DNA from: Dicyema japonicum
Taxonomy: Eukaryota > Animalia > Dicyemida
DNA length: 64,000 bases
NCBI GenBank assembly: GCA_011109175.1
Contig: RDEW01000038.1
Location: 545,213-609,212 of the forward strand
Direction of reading: 5' to 3'
Shown here: positions 23,560 through 35,640 of the stretch, one piece after another
How positions within the stretch are numbered: position 1 is the stretch's first letter
How the letters are laid out: each line of letters opens with the position of its first letter
The notes under the pieces: generated by a model
Told to the model about the DNA's origin: nothing
Databases searched by the model: none
The model's input: only the letters and a program-made list of their open reading frames with translations
Program-made: the position numbers and the translations under genes

Positions 23560-25410
23560 GACATTATTGAGAGGATAAGTGTAATGACTCCACCAGGGCA
23601 GCCAGAAGGGCAGTCACGTCTGATAATGTTCGTACCTATGTACTTTCGACGCATCCAGATCGCTCAAAATTTTTTGAATAACGTCCTCCGAGTCCCCGAT
23701 GAAAGATCCAACTTTCTTGCATGTTATCCACTTGTCCTCCATTCTCGCGTGCAACAAGATATACTAATTTCTTTCCGTTTGTCTGGGTTTACTACCAGTG
23801 ACCAGTCCTCAAGACTTTTAGTATAGTTCCCAGCGTATCCCTATCCCGGCAGACGAAATCAATATCATCGGCTTAGATTACTTCCATCACGTTAGAGAAA
23901 CAATTCTTTCTCCGGAGAGGTCTTAGAGCTGCCTTCGGATATATTATGAAAAGGATTGGGGATAACGAGTCTCCCTGTGGTGCGCCGGTTTCGGTTTTAA
24001 ATCTTGTTGAGTTGTAATTTCCCACGCGCACTGATAACAATGTGTTGGAGAGTAAAAATCTGATCATACGTGATGCATCCTCGTCTAGACTACTCTACAT
24101 TACGTGCATTAGTTTTTTGCGGTTGGTCGTGTCGACGGGATAAGTCAATTCCAAAGATTGAGATTTCTTCTTTGTGTTTCTGGCACATTGCACACATCCA
24201 CCTGTGGTTCCATACAACGTCTGCCGTTGACCTTCCAGGTCTGAATCCACTTTGACTTGGGTTCAAGAACTCATTTACAGCGCCTGAAATACGATCCAGC
24301 ACAACAAGGGGAAGAATTTTCCTTTCGTATTCATTAATGTAATCGGGCGTAGGCTGTTTAGATTTCCTCTTTCCTTTCCAGGTTTCTGATTTGGGATCAA
24401 GATTCCCCGCATCAATGGACTGTGACATTTGAACGTTCTCTTCAGGACTTTGCAGATTAACTCAGCCACTCTTTCTGGCGCGTATTTCAATAATTCTGCA
24501 TTCACGATGTCCGGTCCAGGGGCTATGCCATTCTTGAGCTTACCCAAAGCTGAAACGACTTCGTTATGCGTGATGCTTTGATTCAAATATCTGGGAATTC
24601 CTTCGAACGGTTCCAAGTTTTTATTGAGATTTAGTCGTTTTTTTGTAGAAAGCGGCAATTTTATTGCTGTTTGCCTGCATAGTATATAGTCGATTTGGTT
24701 AAATATATGGATTCGATTTCCACAGGAGTCTCTCCTCTGCCTTGTCCACGTCGTAATATGTCGTGCTGCATGTCGGAACGCCATGTTACAAAGGAATAGT
24801 CCAAATGACTCGTAGAAATGTATAAGGGCCTCCCCGGACAGAGTTCTGATCCTTCGAACCTGGCTGCCCAAGCAAGCTGATTCGTCTCGCTTTTTCCCCA
24901 CTTTGAATTCCAGTCTCCCGCTATAAAAAGCATGTAGGAGCTTGACAGGGATGAGCAAGCGATGATAAGGACGAGTAAAAATTGTCAAGTTCCTCTGCGA
25001 TTGCGGATACCCTCACTGTGGTCTGTGCATATACATTGATAATCAATAGAGTAGTATTATGGTTGTTTCCGAGGCGTATTTGGAAAATGACAATCCTATC
25101 GCTGATACTCCATGCTCTATGAGCTACCAGAGCTGCGTCCACGCGTATAGCGAACCCCATCCCATAATGTCAGCAGTCTGACGGCAACAGGAGCAGTCGA
25201 TACCCGTTCATTGTTTCATCCAGGCCATTGGGGACTTTAGTTTCCTGGAGACAGCATACAGATATTCCATATCGTTGGAGGTCCATACATAAGTGTTGTC
25301 TTTGTAAGTATGATGTTAGTCCTCTCACATTGAATGATCCAATAGTGAACATGGAAGATTGAATGCATGAAGAAGACATCTTGTACAAGAGAGGCACGTC
25401 ACCACATCAA
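23560..25410 (-). mobile_element. RTE-clade LINE, 5' end plus APE plus RT, internally deleted and frameshifted
   Basis: TIGSFNVRGL..CCLQETK; MGFAI..SISDRI..INVYAQT; IAGDWNSK; LKNGIAPGPDIVNAELLKY; LRPITLMN; QSGFRPGRSTADVVW; GAPQGDSLSPILFIIY; YADDIDF-like. Confidence 0.92.
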
Positions 25411-25414
25411 CCAC

Positions 25415-25690
25415 ATTTTGACTAATTTATATTAATTTAATATTTATTATTATTTATTATAATATGGCGAACCTTTGAATACATTTTTATATCATTTGGC
25501 GTGCAGATGCCACGTTTTTGTGGTTGGTTGTTTTGTGTTTGATTGCATTTTTCTGTTGTATTGTCATATTTTTTCCTCAAGATTATTTATATCATTGGAT
25601 TAATCTAATAGTGTTGAACGATGTCGTCAAAATGTCTTTATATATATTGGTAACCAATAAATATGGATTATTCTCCACTATTTGATTTTT
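25415..25690. repeat. Unclassified ~290-bp dispersed repeat (copy 2)
   Basis: Homologous to 12145-12430. It abuts the 5' end of the RTE element. Confidence 0.8.
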
Positions 25691-25928
25691 CCGTCAATTT
25701 TTTCATATCTTCAGTTTTCCAAAAATTATATTTTAATGAAAAAACTGATTTTTTATCATATTTCGAAATTTTATTGATTTTTATTTAAAAGTTTTATGTA
25801 TCTTTCCTACAAAAATTATCCATCTCACATTCGCAATCCGTCAATTAACCTGTCACCTATCAATCAATATTATTTGGTGTCTAATCAATAACTGTTTTTA
25901 TAATGAAGAATTTTTTAATAGTCTATAT

Positions 25929-26600
25929 CAGTGGTTCCAAAACTTTTTGAAGTGATTTTTTACACAATCATAATTATTAATATTTTCTGGAAAATATTTT
26001 TGAAAATTTTCTTTTAATTTTTTAAATGATTGTCGATTTTTGTGTGAACTTTAGAATTTAACGGATGTTTGCTTATTTCAATAAAATTATGTAAAACAGG
26101 AAAACATGCATGTTCTGCTACACATGTTTCCAAAATTCTAATTTTCTTGAAAAAGCTGTTAGATTGTCGCTGAAATCAAATATTGTGAAATTTTTCCTTG
26201 TGAAAGTAAAGAAAATTCATTCAATATACTGAAAATATCTGATAAATGAAAAATCTTCTTGCAGTGTAGAATCAAACAAATTATGAACAAAAACTAATAA
26301 TATTGATAATCCTTCAACATCAGTTGATTCGTCCAACTGAATAAAAAAATAATCAGAATTTTTAAGCGGAAAGCTAATTGATCTTTAATGTCATTGGAAA
26401 GATCATCAATGCACATCGTTACAGTCGAATTAATTTTCTGAGAATTATTATCCCATATAAGCAAGATAAAATTTTTTTTAAACAAGGTTTTATTAAAGAT
26501 TTCGTTATAGTGTGATATTCTCCATTTTTTGCAATAAGGTAACTTATCCAATATATATTAAAGATTATAATCAACTTCATAGAAAGCTTCAGTGGCTTTT
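25929..26600 (-). mobile_element. hAT remnant with one TIR
   Basis: CAGTGGTTCCAAAACTTTTT at 25929; STVTMCIDDLSNDIKDQLAFRLK (Charlie/ZBED-type). Confidence 0.6.
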
Positions 26601-26699
26601 AAATTTTCATCTTTTGGAAGTTTTTCCTTTAATCTTTCGACATATTTAAAGCAGCAAGCATTTTTTCAAAAAATTTGTGTTTATTTGTGGAGAAATGAA

Positions 26700-26950
26700 T
26701 CTTGGTGTTATATGTAAACGTGCCTCTTAGTGAAATTTTTTCTGTTTTTATTTGATTCTTCATTAACTTGGAAATATACAGAAATTAGTATTAAAAAGCA
26801 CTTCGCAGAACCAAAGGAAGATCCAATTGTGCCACACGTTTCGAAATTTGTTGTTCCATCAAATCTTCTTTTGTATGTTTCTATCAATTTAAAACATTCT
26901 TTGGAAATTTTATTCCATTCCTCACAGCAGAATACTTTTAACTTCATTAT
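26700..26950 (-). mobile_element. Tc1 3' remnant
   Basis: LKVFCCEEWNKISKECFKLIETYKRR. The motif gtgccacacgtttcgaaatttgtt recurs at ~29224. Confidence 0.6.
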
Positions 26951-27159
26951 ATTTTTTGTTCTTCGGTACTTTACTCAATCAAAAGATAATTCATTCAATA
27001 TGATGAAAATATCGGATAAATGAATAATCTTCTTCAACGTTTTTCATAAATTTTCAATTGGGTTTAAGTCGGGATATTGGCTAGTTCATTTCAAAACATT
27101 TATTCCATTATTTTTCAACCATTCACTTGTTATTTTAGGTTTCTGAAATAGCACAAATA

Positions 27160-27640
27160 TAGATTTTCTCTTATGTTCTAATACATTTTTTCGGAATAAC
27201 TCCATTCATAGAACTTCCAAATTTGGATCTTATCGAACAATTGACTCCCATCTCGTCTATAAAAATAACCTGTTGATTATCAATTTCAATTATTTTTCTG
27301 GCATATCTTCTATATTTATTGTAGAATTTCTCGTCATGGGTACAAATTGAGTTTAAATCCAAATGTCTCTAGCGTCCTATTTATTGTTGATAGAGAAGAG
27401 ACTTTTTGCACATCAAATAAAGAATTTTGTAAAATTTTCAGCGTATATGAAGAATCCTTGTCAATTCTTTTAGTCAAAAATAAGATGTCTGATGAATTAA
27501 GTTTTTTTTTCGTCCACAATTATTTCTTGTTGAGGCAAAACTTCTTGTATTTTTGTATTTTTTGACGATAGAAACAACTGTCTGGTTGTTAATACAGATG
27601 TCTTCGCTTATTTTTTGAATAAACCAACTCTGCTCATTAT
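27160..27640 (-). mobile_element. IS630-like Tc1/mariner transposase relic
   Basis: HTH (ISEDICINNQTVVSIVKKY...GRKK), STINRTL, and VIFIDEMGVNCSIRSKFGSSMNGVIP (first catalytic Asp). Confidence 0.7.
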
Positions 27641-28185
27641 GTAATCTCCTGCGTGTCCATAGTCGACCCCCAGGTAGTGCAGAATGTGTGAAATTGTTTA
27701 CTCCCAGTGTGTATTCTTGTTTCAGTTGCTTTTTCAAACTGCATTATTCGGAGCATGCGCAAGATTTTTCCAGCAGAGAGCTTTAGCTCTCTCAAGTTGC
27801 AACAATGCTCAATCTGGTCGGCATACTCCTGGATTCTTCCTTCAGATATAGAAGATTTTAGAGATGTGTCTACCACGATTACGTCATCCGCATAAATAAG
27901 AAGACTAGTATTAATATTCCTCGGACGTGAGAACTCGCCATAAATATATTAAACAAAATAGGGCTCAATACTGAACCTTGAGGTACTTCTCTTTGAATGA
28001 TATTGCATCAGATATATATCCACACACCTTCACAAAAGATTGTCTTTCCTGAAGATAATTTCTTAGCCAAACAAAATAGGTATCTTGGAACACATGCTGA
28101 TACAAGCTGCTTTAACAACGCTTCATGGGATACACTGTCGAATGCTTTCGAGATATCAAGACATAATAAGTTTATTGCTCATTAA
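27640..28185 (-). mobile_element. LINE RT core relic (CR1/Jockey group)
   Basis: DISKAFDSVSHEALL; EVPQGSVLSPILFNIFM; LLIYADDV. Confidence 0.85.
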
Positions 28186-28229
28186 TATTTTTGTTTTTAT
28201 AACTATTCATTTAATTAGTTTTGCGATAA

Positions 28230-29080
28230 AAGTTATATTCATAGGAACTTAATAGACTTCTCGTCAGTAGAAAGAGTCTTCGTAAAAAACTTTTCAATAA
28301 AAACAGAATGTGATCTCCATTGTTCAATTTTCTTAGTTATATCCTCCATCCATTTTGAGGGCTCAAATTTTATTGTAGTAAGAGTTTGATAGGCAGTTTG
28401 CTCAGCATAAAAAATAATAGAGGAAATTTGATCAATCGACGTTGGGTGATTGACTTTAATCAAGCATTAATTACACGATTCACGCATTCGAAAATATCCA
28501 AATCAACTTTTACATAAGGAATTTTTTTCGTACGGGGTTTTGAAGAATGGAAAATTGACCGATTCGTCCGTAACTCCTCAATAAAAGTCGGTTCACAACG
28601 AGCATACAACTTGGCCTCAATAAATGTCAAAGACATATCAGGCTTAGAATCTGAGGTCCCCTTCGAATCATGTCCATTGCGTGGTAATTGTTGGCTTTTT
28701 TGGACGTATATCAGTTTCCTGAACTCAGGTTATTTCCTCGCCAAACTTAGACTTGAACCCTTCCAAGAGAATAGCCCACCTACCTCTGGGGACACGACCG
28801 AGTCTAGAGCGCGTGCTTTCAATAACCGAGGTAGCCATTGTTCTCGACAATCAGCTGTTGAGGAAGACATTATTGCTAGTAAAATTGAAAATTTAGTGTT
28901 GTTTTGCTGAGGACGAATCCTAGATGCATCCGCGGGGAAACATGTCGGACAAACTCGGCGGCGGTTCGATTTGGGTTTTCTTTACTCAATTCGGCACAGA
29001 ATTCCGCATAATCCGATGAATTTAGATGGTTCTTATCAACAACAACCATTAACCAGCAACGTGTTTTTATATATATCATC
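28230..29080 (-). mobile_element. N-terminal region of an R4/NeSL-like element
   Basis: IFYAEQTAYQTLTTIKFEPSKWMEDITKKIEQW matches the pre-RT block LYTAQISDEELTDKPRTPSKWREQI at 57246-57521. Confidence 0.55.
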
Positions 29081-29459
29081 CAATGAATATAAATAATGAT
29101 CCCAAAAATATTTGACAGTTTGTAAATTTTCTGACAAAGTTATTAAATTATTTTCCAAATTTATTAAATTTACTGACAAAGTTATTAAATAAATAGGAAA
29201 ACCCTGTATCTAAGATCCCGTTTGTGCCACACGTTTCGAAATTTGTTTCACTAGGCGTCTCCATCGGCCTCTGCTTTGTGCATTCATACAGAAATAGTCG
29301 AGTATTTATTTTTAAACTCTGTTCCATTATCTGTTTGCAGAATCTCACAAATTACCTCAAAACAAATTTCTTTGAATGCTTCACAAATATAAAAATTGCA
29401 GATTTATTTTGCTAATTTCAATTCTTTCAATAATTTTCTGTTTTACTGTTAAATAGGAG

Positions 29460-30170
29460 TGTAAACATTCTTTTGCAGTTTAATAAGTTGTAATGGCTAT
29501 TTCGATGAAAAGAAACCGACTTCAATGATAAAACGACATTAGCATGACATCTGACCTCATAAAAATGATTGATTGACAGGGTAGCCATCATGTGACGCGA
29601 CATATTTTATGATACGATACTTGTATCGTTAAACTGTGTGCAAGGAATCCTCGTAAACAAGCTGATATACGTGTTGGGCCAACTGCCACATTGTCGATTA
29701 TCGTATTTGTGCTTTCTGAATTTTCATGAGGTGGATATTCGTTAGCTTACTTTTAAATTCCTCCAAATCTATTGCTGAGTGAGTAATTTGTCTTGGTTAA
29801 GTTGGGATCCGCTAATCGTCTAAGCGATTAGGTTGTCATTCAACGAGTGTTGCCCAGAACTACTCGGATGGCTCTAGTATACGGTTCTTATCTTAAAAAT
29901 CCGCACGGCAACAGTGATTCCACATTCAGAAAGCTTGCGGCATATTGCAGTTCGTAATCTTTGTTGGTTGTCTATTTCTCTTCTTCCCCTCTCTTATGGG
30001 TATGCATTTTTGCATGGAGCGAAGTAAAATTATCGTACCCAATCATCAGAGTAAGGTCGAAGAGACTGCTTTTTCAATACATTTGTATAGGGAGTCCACA
30101 ACACATATACGGCCAGTTTTGGAAATCCTGATCAGGAGCCATCGTCAGGTTTAAACTACCTGTGTTATCT
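29460..30170 (-). mobile_element. CRE-clade fragment (pre-RT region)
   Basis: Nucleotide match to 35100-35270 and 19540-19640. RKLSECGITVAVRI corresponds to RRKLSEGGIRAAVRI in the 34389 ORF. Confidence 0.7.
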
Positions 30171-30688
30171 TTAATAAGTCACGTGCATGTTGCTTTTGTG
30201 AGTCTTTTTCTAAAATTAATTGAAAAAATCATGATTTATATATTCTCTTATAAAACTCTATCCTAGTTAATAAAAAACATATGTACTGAATCCTTGTAAA
30301 TTGGTCACATTTCAAAAAATTTTCTATGAAAAAATCCAATTCTCATTATTGGTCACAATTGAAATGGTTGTTGACTGCGGAATCATCGGGATTCTTCAGA
30401 TAAGGATTGGAAGATATTGTCTCAGATGTTCGAACTACGGACCTTCACTCTCTTGAATTCCTTGGATGTGGAATAGAGAAAAATCGAATAAGGCACTTTT
30501 AAGAAAAAAACGCTTCTGGGAAGTTTACTATTGATCTTTCTGGACAGACATGTTGGACTTTTTATGCTTAAAAACTGTTTCCTGCTTCTCAAAGTGATTT
30601 TCAACTTACGAAATTCCCATTGTTCTGATGAAGAGGATATCCTATCTCTCCTTGATAAAGTCAACTCTTGAAGCGATTTAAATATACA

Positions 30689-30942
30689 CTAGACATCTGC
30701 GAACACTCCGCGTGCATATGGTCTAGTTCCTGTGGAGGGCTTGTCGTGAGCATCGATTAATTGACAAACGACGTTAGTCTCTTCTGGAATCTCCACAGCC
30801 CGGACTTGTATACTTATTAAAGCTCAATGTTATATGTATGTGGCACGATAACTCAGGTGTCTAACTTTGATTTGACGTGCTTAAAAGACTTGAATTCAGT
30901 ATTTTATTATTGCATTTGTAAGAAGAGTGTTTAAATAAGCAG
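30689..30942 (-). mobile_element. Helitron-like non-autonomous element, 3' end
   Basis: Minus strand ends ...gcacgcggagtgttcgcagatgtCTAG|t. Homologous over ~250 bp to 39240-39506. Confidence 0.65.
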
Positions 30943-31734
30943 TTTAAAAAAATCAGGATTTGATTGTTTTAACCACATGTGCTGTCTCCTATTGCCCCCA
31001 TCTCCAGGATCTCTACGATCTTGTATTAGTTTTTATAAATGATTAAAGTGAAAAGTTTTTAAAATTAGCATTGAAAGTCACGCCACTTGACATGAAATTT
31101 TCAGAAACTCAAATTCTTCATATTTTGTTCACTCACATTTTCGGCAATGTTTTTAATTGTTCAAAAAATTTTTTTAATTAAAATCCGTCTATTTATCCGC
31201 GAGTTATGGTGGAACAAACACACAACATTGAGCTTTAATTAGTACATAGATGTGATGGCTTGAGGGAGTTTCTTTGGGTTATTCGGAATTACCATACCTT
31301 CGAACGCCCGTCAAGTGCATATTTTTTTTCTTATAGCGCCTCAAAGAATTTGGTTGGATACGGTCCTCAACTCTTATTCCGACGGGATGACAACATTCCC
31401 TTTTTATAATGGTCGGAACCTGGTTTGGGACGCTAAATATGTTGATACATAATTTCAGAAAATTTGGCCGCTTCCATCTCAGACTCAGGTAATGCTTCCA
31501 AGGAAGCCGAGGATTAAAAAAAAGTACCGAAGCATTTCAGAGGATAACCTCTCTCTTTACGATCTAAATCATGCAAATTAAGAAAACATTTTGAAACGAT
31601 AGTTTCTGAATATGCCCATATAAGAATTTTTTATAAGAAAATCAAAAGATAACCAAACGAAAACAGTAAAAATCGTTTCTGCTAAAAATAATGTTTGTAT
31701 TATACTATGGAATATAAGGGAGGCGTGTAAAAAA

Positions 31735-32024
31735 NNNNNNNNNNNNNNNNNNNNNNNNNNNNNNNNNNNNNNNNNNNNNNNNNNNNNNNNNNNNNNNNNN
31801 NNNNNNNNNNNNNNNNNNNNNNNNNNNNNNNNNNNNNNNNNNNNNNNNNNNNNNNNNNNNNNNNNNNNNNNNNNNNNNNNNNNNNNNNNNNNNNNNNNNN
31901 NNNNNNNNNNNNNNNNNNNNNNNNNNNNNNNNNNNNNNNNNNNNNNNNNNNNNNNNNNNNNNNNNNNNNNNNNNNNNNNNNNNNNNNNNNNNNNNNNNNN
32001 NNNNNNNNNNNNNNNNNNNNNNNN
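31735..32024. other. Assembly gap (290 N)
   Basis: Run of N. Confidence 1.
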
Positions 32025-34309
32025 ATAACAGTTAATTTTTTTTTCGATGTATCCGCGGTTAATTAATTAATTAACCTTGTACAAGAAATATTTAAAATTT
32101 TAATTAATTATATTTTAAAAATAATAGATTAGTACTTTATATAAAAAAATCGCCTTTGTGGTAGTTTTGCATTGTTTTTCTATTAATTTAATTTATTTTT
32201 TTAAGTTTTTCTATAAATGTACTCCAACTTAGTTTGATTGAATATTTTTGACTTTTAAAAACTATCCATATATTAGATTTATTTTATTAATTTTGGATAG
32301 CAATAATAAAGGAACCTCACAAAATTAGTATTATCGAATACTATTCCTATTTGGTGCTCGTCCCATAGCTACTATTTGACAGTTGCTTGTATGGGTCTGG
32401 GAGCGTCCGCTTTTGGCTGCAACGTTTTTGTTAGCCACCGGTATCTTTCACTCGTAGGAACCAGGGGTAAATAAATAAATTCCTATGTGGACTGTCTAAT
32501 ATTATTAATATATTAATAATTGTAAACACAAGACCAATTCTACGTGTCTTTCTTGTTGTCCCTAATAGTTTTAGCTGCATTGACATATGCATTTAGAGCC
32601 ACCAGCATTTAATGTGCTATTGGAGGATAGTTTTGGACGGCAAAAAGGGATTTTTCCCTTGTGTTCCTTTCTTGGATTAATTAGTTATGAATGTTTGTGC
32701 TGAGATACCAAAGATTACAAGCCTAGGGGTAATAAATAAACACTTAATTTAATAACAACCCCAGATATCCAGTTCCCAGTATCACATCCTTTCTATTATC
32801 GACTCCCTCTACCGAATTATAGAAGAGAGAGATCATTTTTAGATGCCGGCCATACATTGGACGTTTCTTGAGTTAAAATGGATCAATGAAGCCTCTATGA
32901 ACTGAAGAAGGAAACGAGTGTGGAGGAAATCCTCCGACCAAGTAGGGTTCCACGTGTGTTCTAAGCCCTCTTTTATTTAACTATGCGATAATGAATAATT
33001 AAGTGGAGCATTCCAAAATTTGACAAATCACCGTCTTGGAATAAATTACTTTGATGTGTGGATCAGAAGAGAAGTCTTTCGAAGATTATATCAATAGCTG
33101 AAGGACAACACCTTCGTATGAATCTGGGATTGTTCCTATATGTATATACAACTAGGATTGAACCGCTCTTGGTCTATGGCCTTCAGAGATGGAAGAGAAA
33201 AAAAGGCAACTTCGCTGAGCTTCTTGATAGATCAAGATGTCATTCAATTGGCACACGGAATGTATCCAAGTATGAAGGTTATGTAAGCCCTCACATCCAA
33301 TTCACTATTTAGTTTCCCAGGCTTTTCCTAACTTTGATAGTGTTCATCTTGTGCTTGATTGAAATAATTAACTGATGATCCCCCAGGTTCTTTCGATTTT
33401 GGACAAGAGTGGGATTTGATCTTGGACACTTTGTGCATCCGACGTCTCATGAGTCTGTAACCTGTGAGAAAGAGGAAGACATGGTTATTCGTCCACCATT
33501 AAGGGAAGTAACATTTAACGGATGTATGTCATCACCTTAAGTTCACAGCATATTAGCATTACTCTTTAGTAAATTAATGTGGGTCATTTCCGAGGGAATA
33601 TCGAATAGTCAACAAGATGTATGATACTTGTCGAGTCCCTGGATATATCGAGAAGGAACTCGCAACTAAATATGGTATCTTGGAACTGTAATCTTCTTAT
33701 CATTTGCTACTTGAATGACACACTATTTGCGGATGTTTCAGATTTTCTTTAATTCTTAACATTGAGTGAATGGGATTAATTGATGGGTTTTTTGGATAAA
33801 CTCAGGAATCAGTAAACGTTGTCATTAAAGGAGTAGGTAAGGGTAGAGCTTGCAATTTGCCCTAATAAACGTTCAGATGATCAAGCCAAGTTTCTTCATC
33901 ATTTAGGATGGAACTCCTTTCAGCCAAGACCGGGTGCTCTCAGAATCGAAAATCCATATCTCATGGCAATATTTAAGGAAATGCGCTTAATAAGCCAGAT
34001 TTTTTCTCCAATACATTCCTTTTTCATCGTGCAATAGGAGATCCGATACAGTTCATCAGGTTCAGTGATCTGATTCCAAGTAAAACAAACAAATTTTTCA
34101 ATATGATTGGTCCTAGCACAGCAAAATTTATGAGGCTAATCGGTCACCATGCAGGACTGGAAGAAAGATTATAGAATGACACGATATTGATATCGAGAAT
34201 GATTCTATGAGCTTCCGATCATTAAAAGCAATCAGATTCAGAAATTTCGGAGCCCCAATTAACAATATAACTTCAAAAATATAGTTTTTACAAATTTATT
34301 CTTTTATTT

Positions 34310-35640
34310 AAAACTGCTATCCATCCAAAGGGGACCACGCCGACATTATCGAAGTTGCGTTGCCTCTCACGATTGCAACAGAGATCAACTAGAGTAGCCA
34401 CCGGGTCTCACGTGCGTAGTGGCTTTTTAGTGTAGCTAAGCGTACAAGTTTCTTTAGGAAGCGAAGCGATTTTCCACTTATTCTTCCAGTTGTCTCGACC
34501 ACTATCGGATAAAACGCGAATCGATCGCGTAGCGCTTCGTATTTCTTCTCCTTTGCCCTCATCGTTTTTTCCGCGGAATACAGTGTGTCTACCGCGCTCC
34601 CGAGAATGTTGGATGGCAAAGCGTGTCGACACAAGTAGCGTCCCAGACCAAAGGTTTCCCCTCTTCGAATGGGAAAATTGTGATACCGTCGGGACGTTTT
34701 CCGTCTCCTCTGTCCAGACCAACAGGTTCTAGTATGACTGAGTATCCCGCAGACTCCAAGGCTCGCTTGACAATTCCGTTGATCGCCTTGTGTCTTGGGA
34801 ATCGTCCTGCACTTCTCCGACAAGAGAGGGCATTGAGTCCATAACAATCGACGGTTGCGCCACATCGGCACACTATAGGACTGTTCAGACGGCTCAATTA
34901 TACATTTTTGATCTGCAAGGATCCTCACCGCAGCACGGATACCACCTTCCGATAGTTTTCGACGGATCGCACTTCTTAATCTCTGAGTGTCCGAGATAGT
35001 CGATGTTGGCTTCTCATGGTTTTGAAATTTGTAAGTGAGCTTTTCTGAGTCTTCCAATAGGTTCCTTGAGAAGAATGTGTGGACATTCTCCTTTACTAAT
35101 GACGTAAGTGATTTCTCTTCTTTTCCCCTCCTATGGAGTATGCATAGTGTGAATGGAGCGAAGCAAAATAATCGTACCCAATCATCAGAGTCGTCCGAAG
35201 AAACTACCCTTTCAATACACTCACATAGGCAGTCAGCGACAGATATACGGGGAGCTTTGGGATCTTAATCAGGAGTCTTCGTGTGTGTGTCAGGTTGGAG
35301 ATCAATTCAAGTATTTCCTGATGGTCTAGTGGAACATGTTCAGAAGGGCAGCGTAGGGAAGAGTTTGTCGTATTATCTGGTAGATGACAAGATCGACAGT
35401 GCCAATCGGAAATGGCAGCCAGGGCTCTTTTAGTCATTCCGGCAGGCACAGGACATGTGGAAGTCATACGAACATGCTGTGCAATGGATCATCCGCTTTC
35501 TTTTGTTCATTATGTTGCACTTTGTGCAGATCTCATCTTCTTTTGCAGTTTACTGCATGTCCTTTTCTGATTTTCCTTTCTTATTCTCTTCTCTTAGCAA
35601 CGACACAACGTATACTAAAATGAATTATGGTATATAAAAT
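34310..35640 (-). mobile_element. CRE-clade element with N-terminal PHD finger and RT deleted
   Basis: PHD at 35385-35535; RRLLIKIPK; RRKLSEGGIRAAVRIL; then [63 protein letters not shown] and [25 protein letters not shown]. Confidence 0.9.

Noticed and set aside
24275-24988. 237-aa ORF as an intact gene
   Set aside because: It is a mosaic of in-frame and out-of-frame parts of the decayed RTE element.
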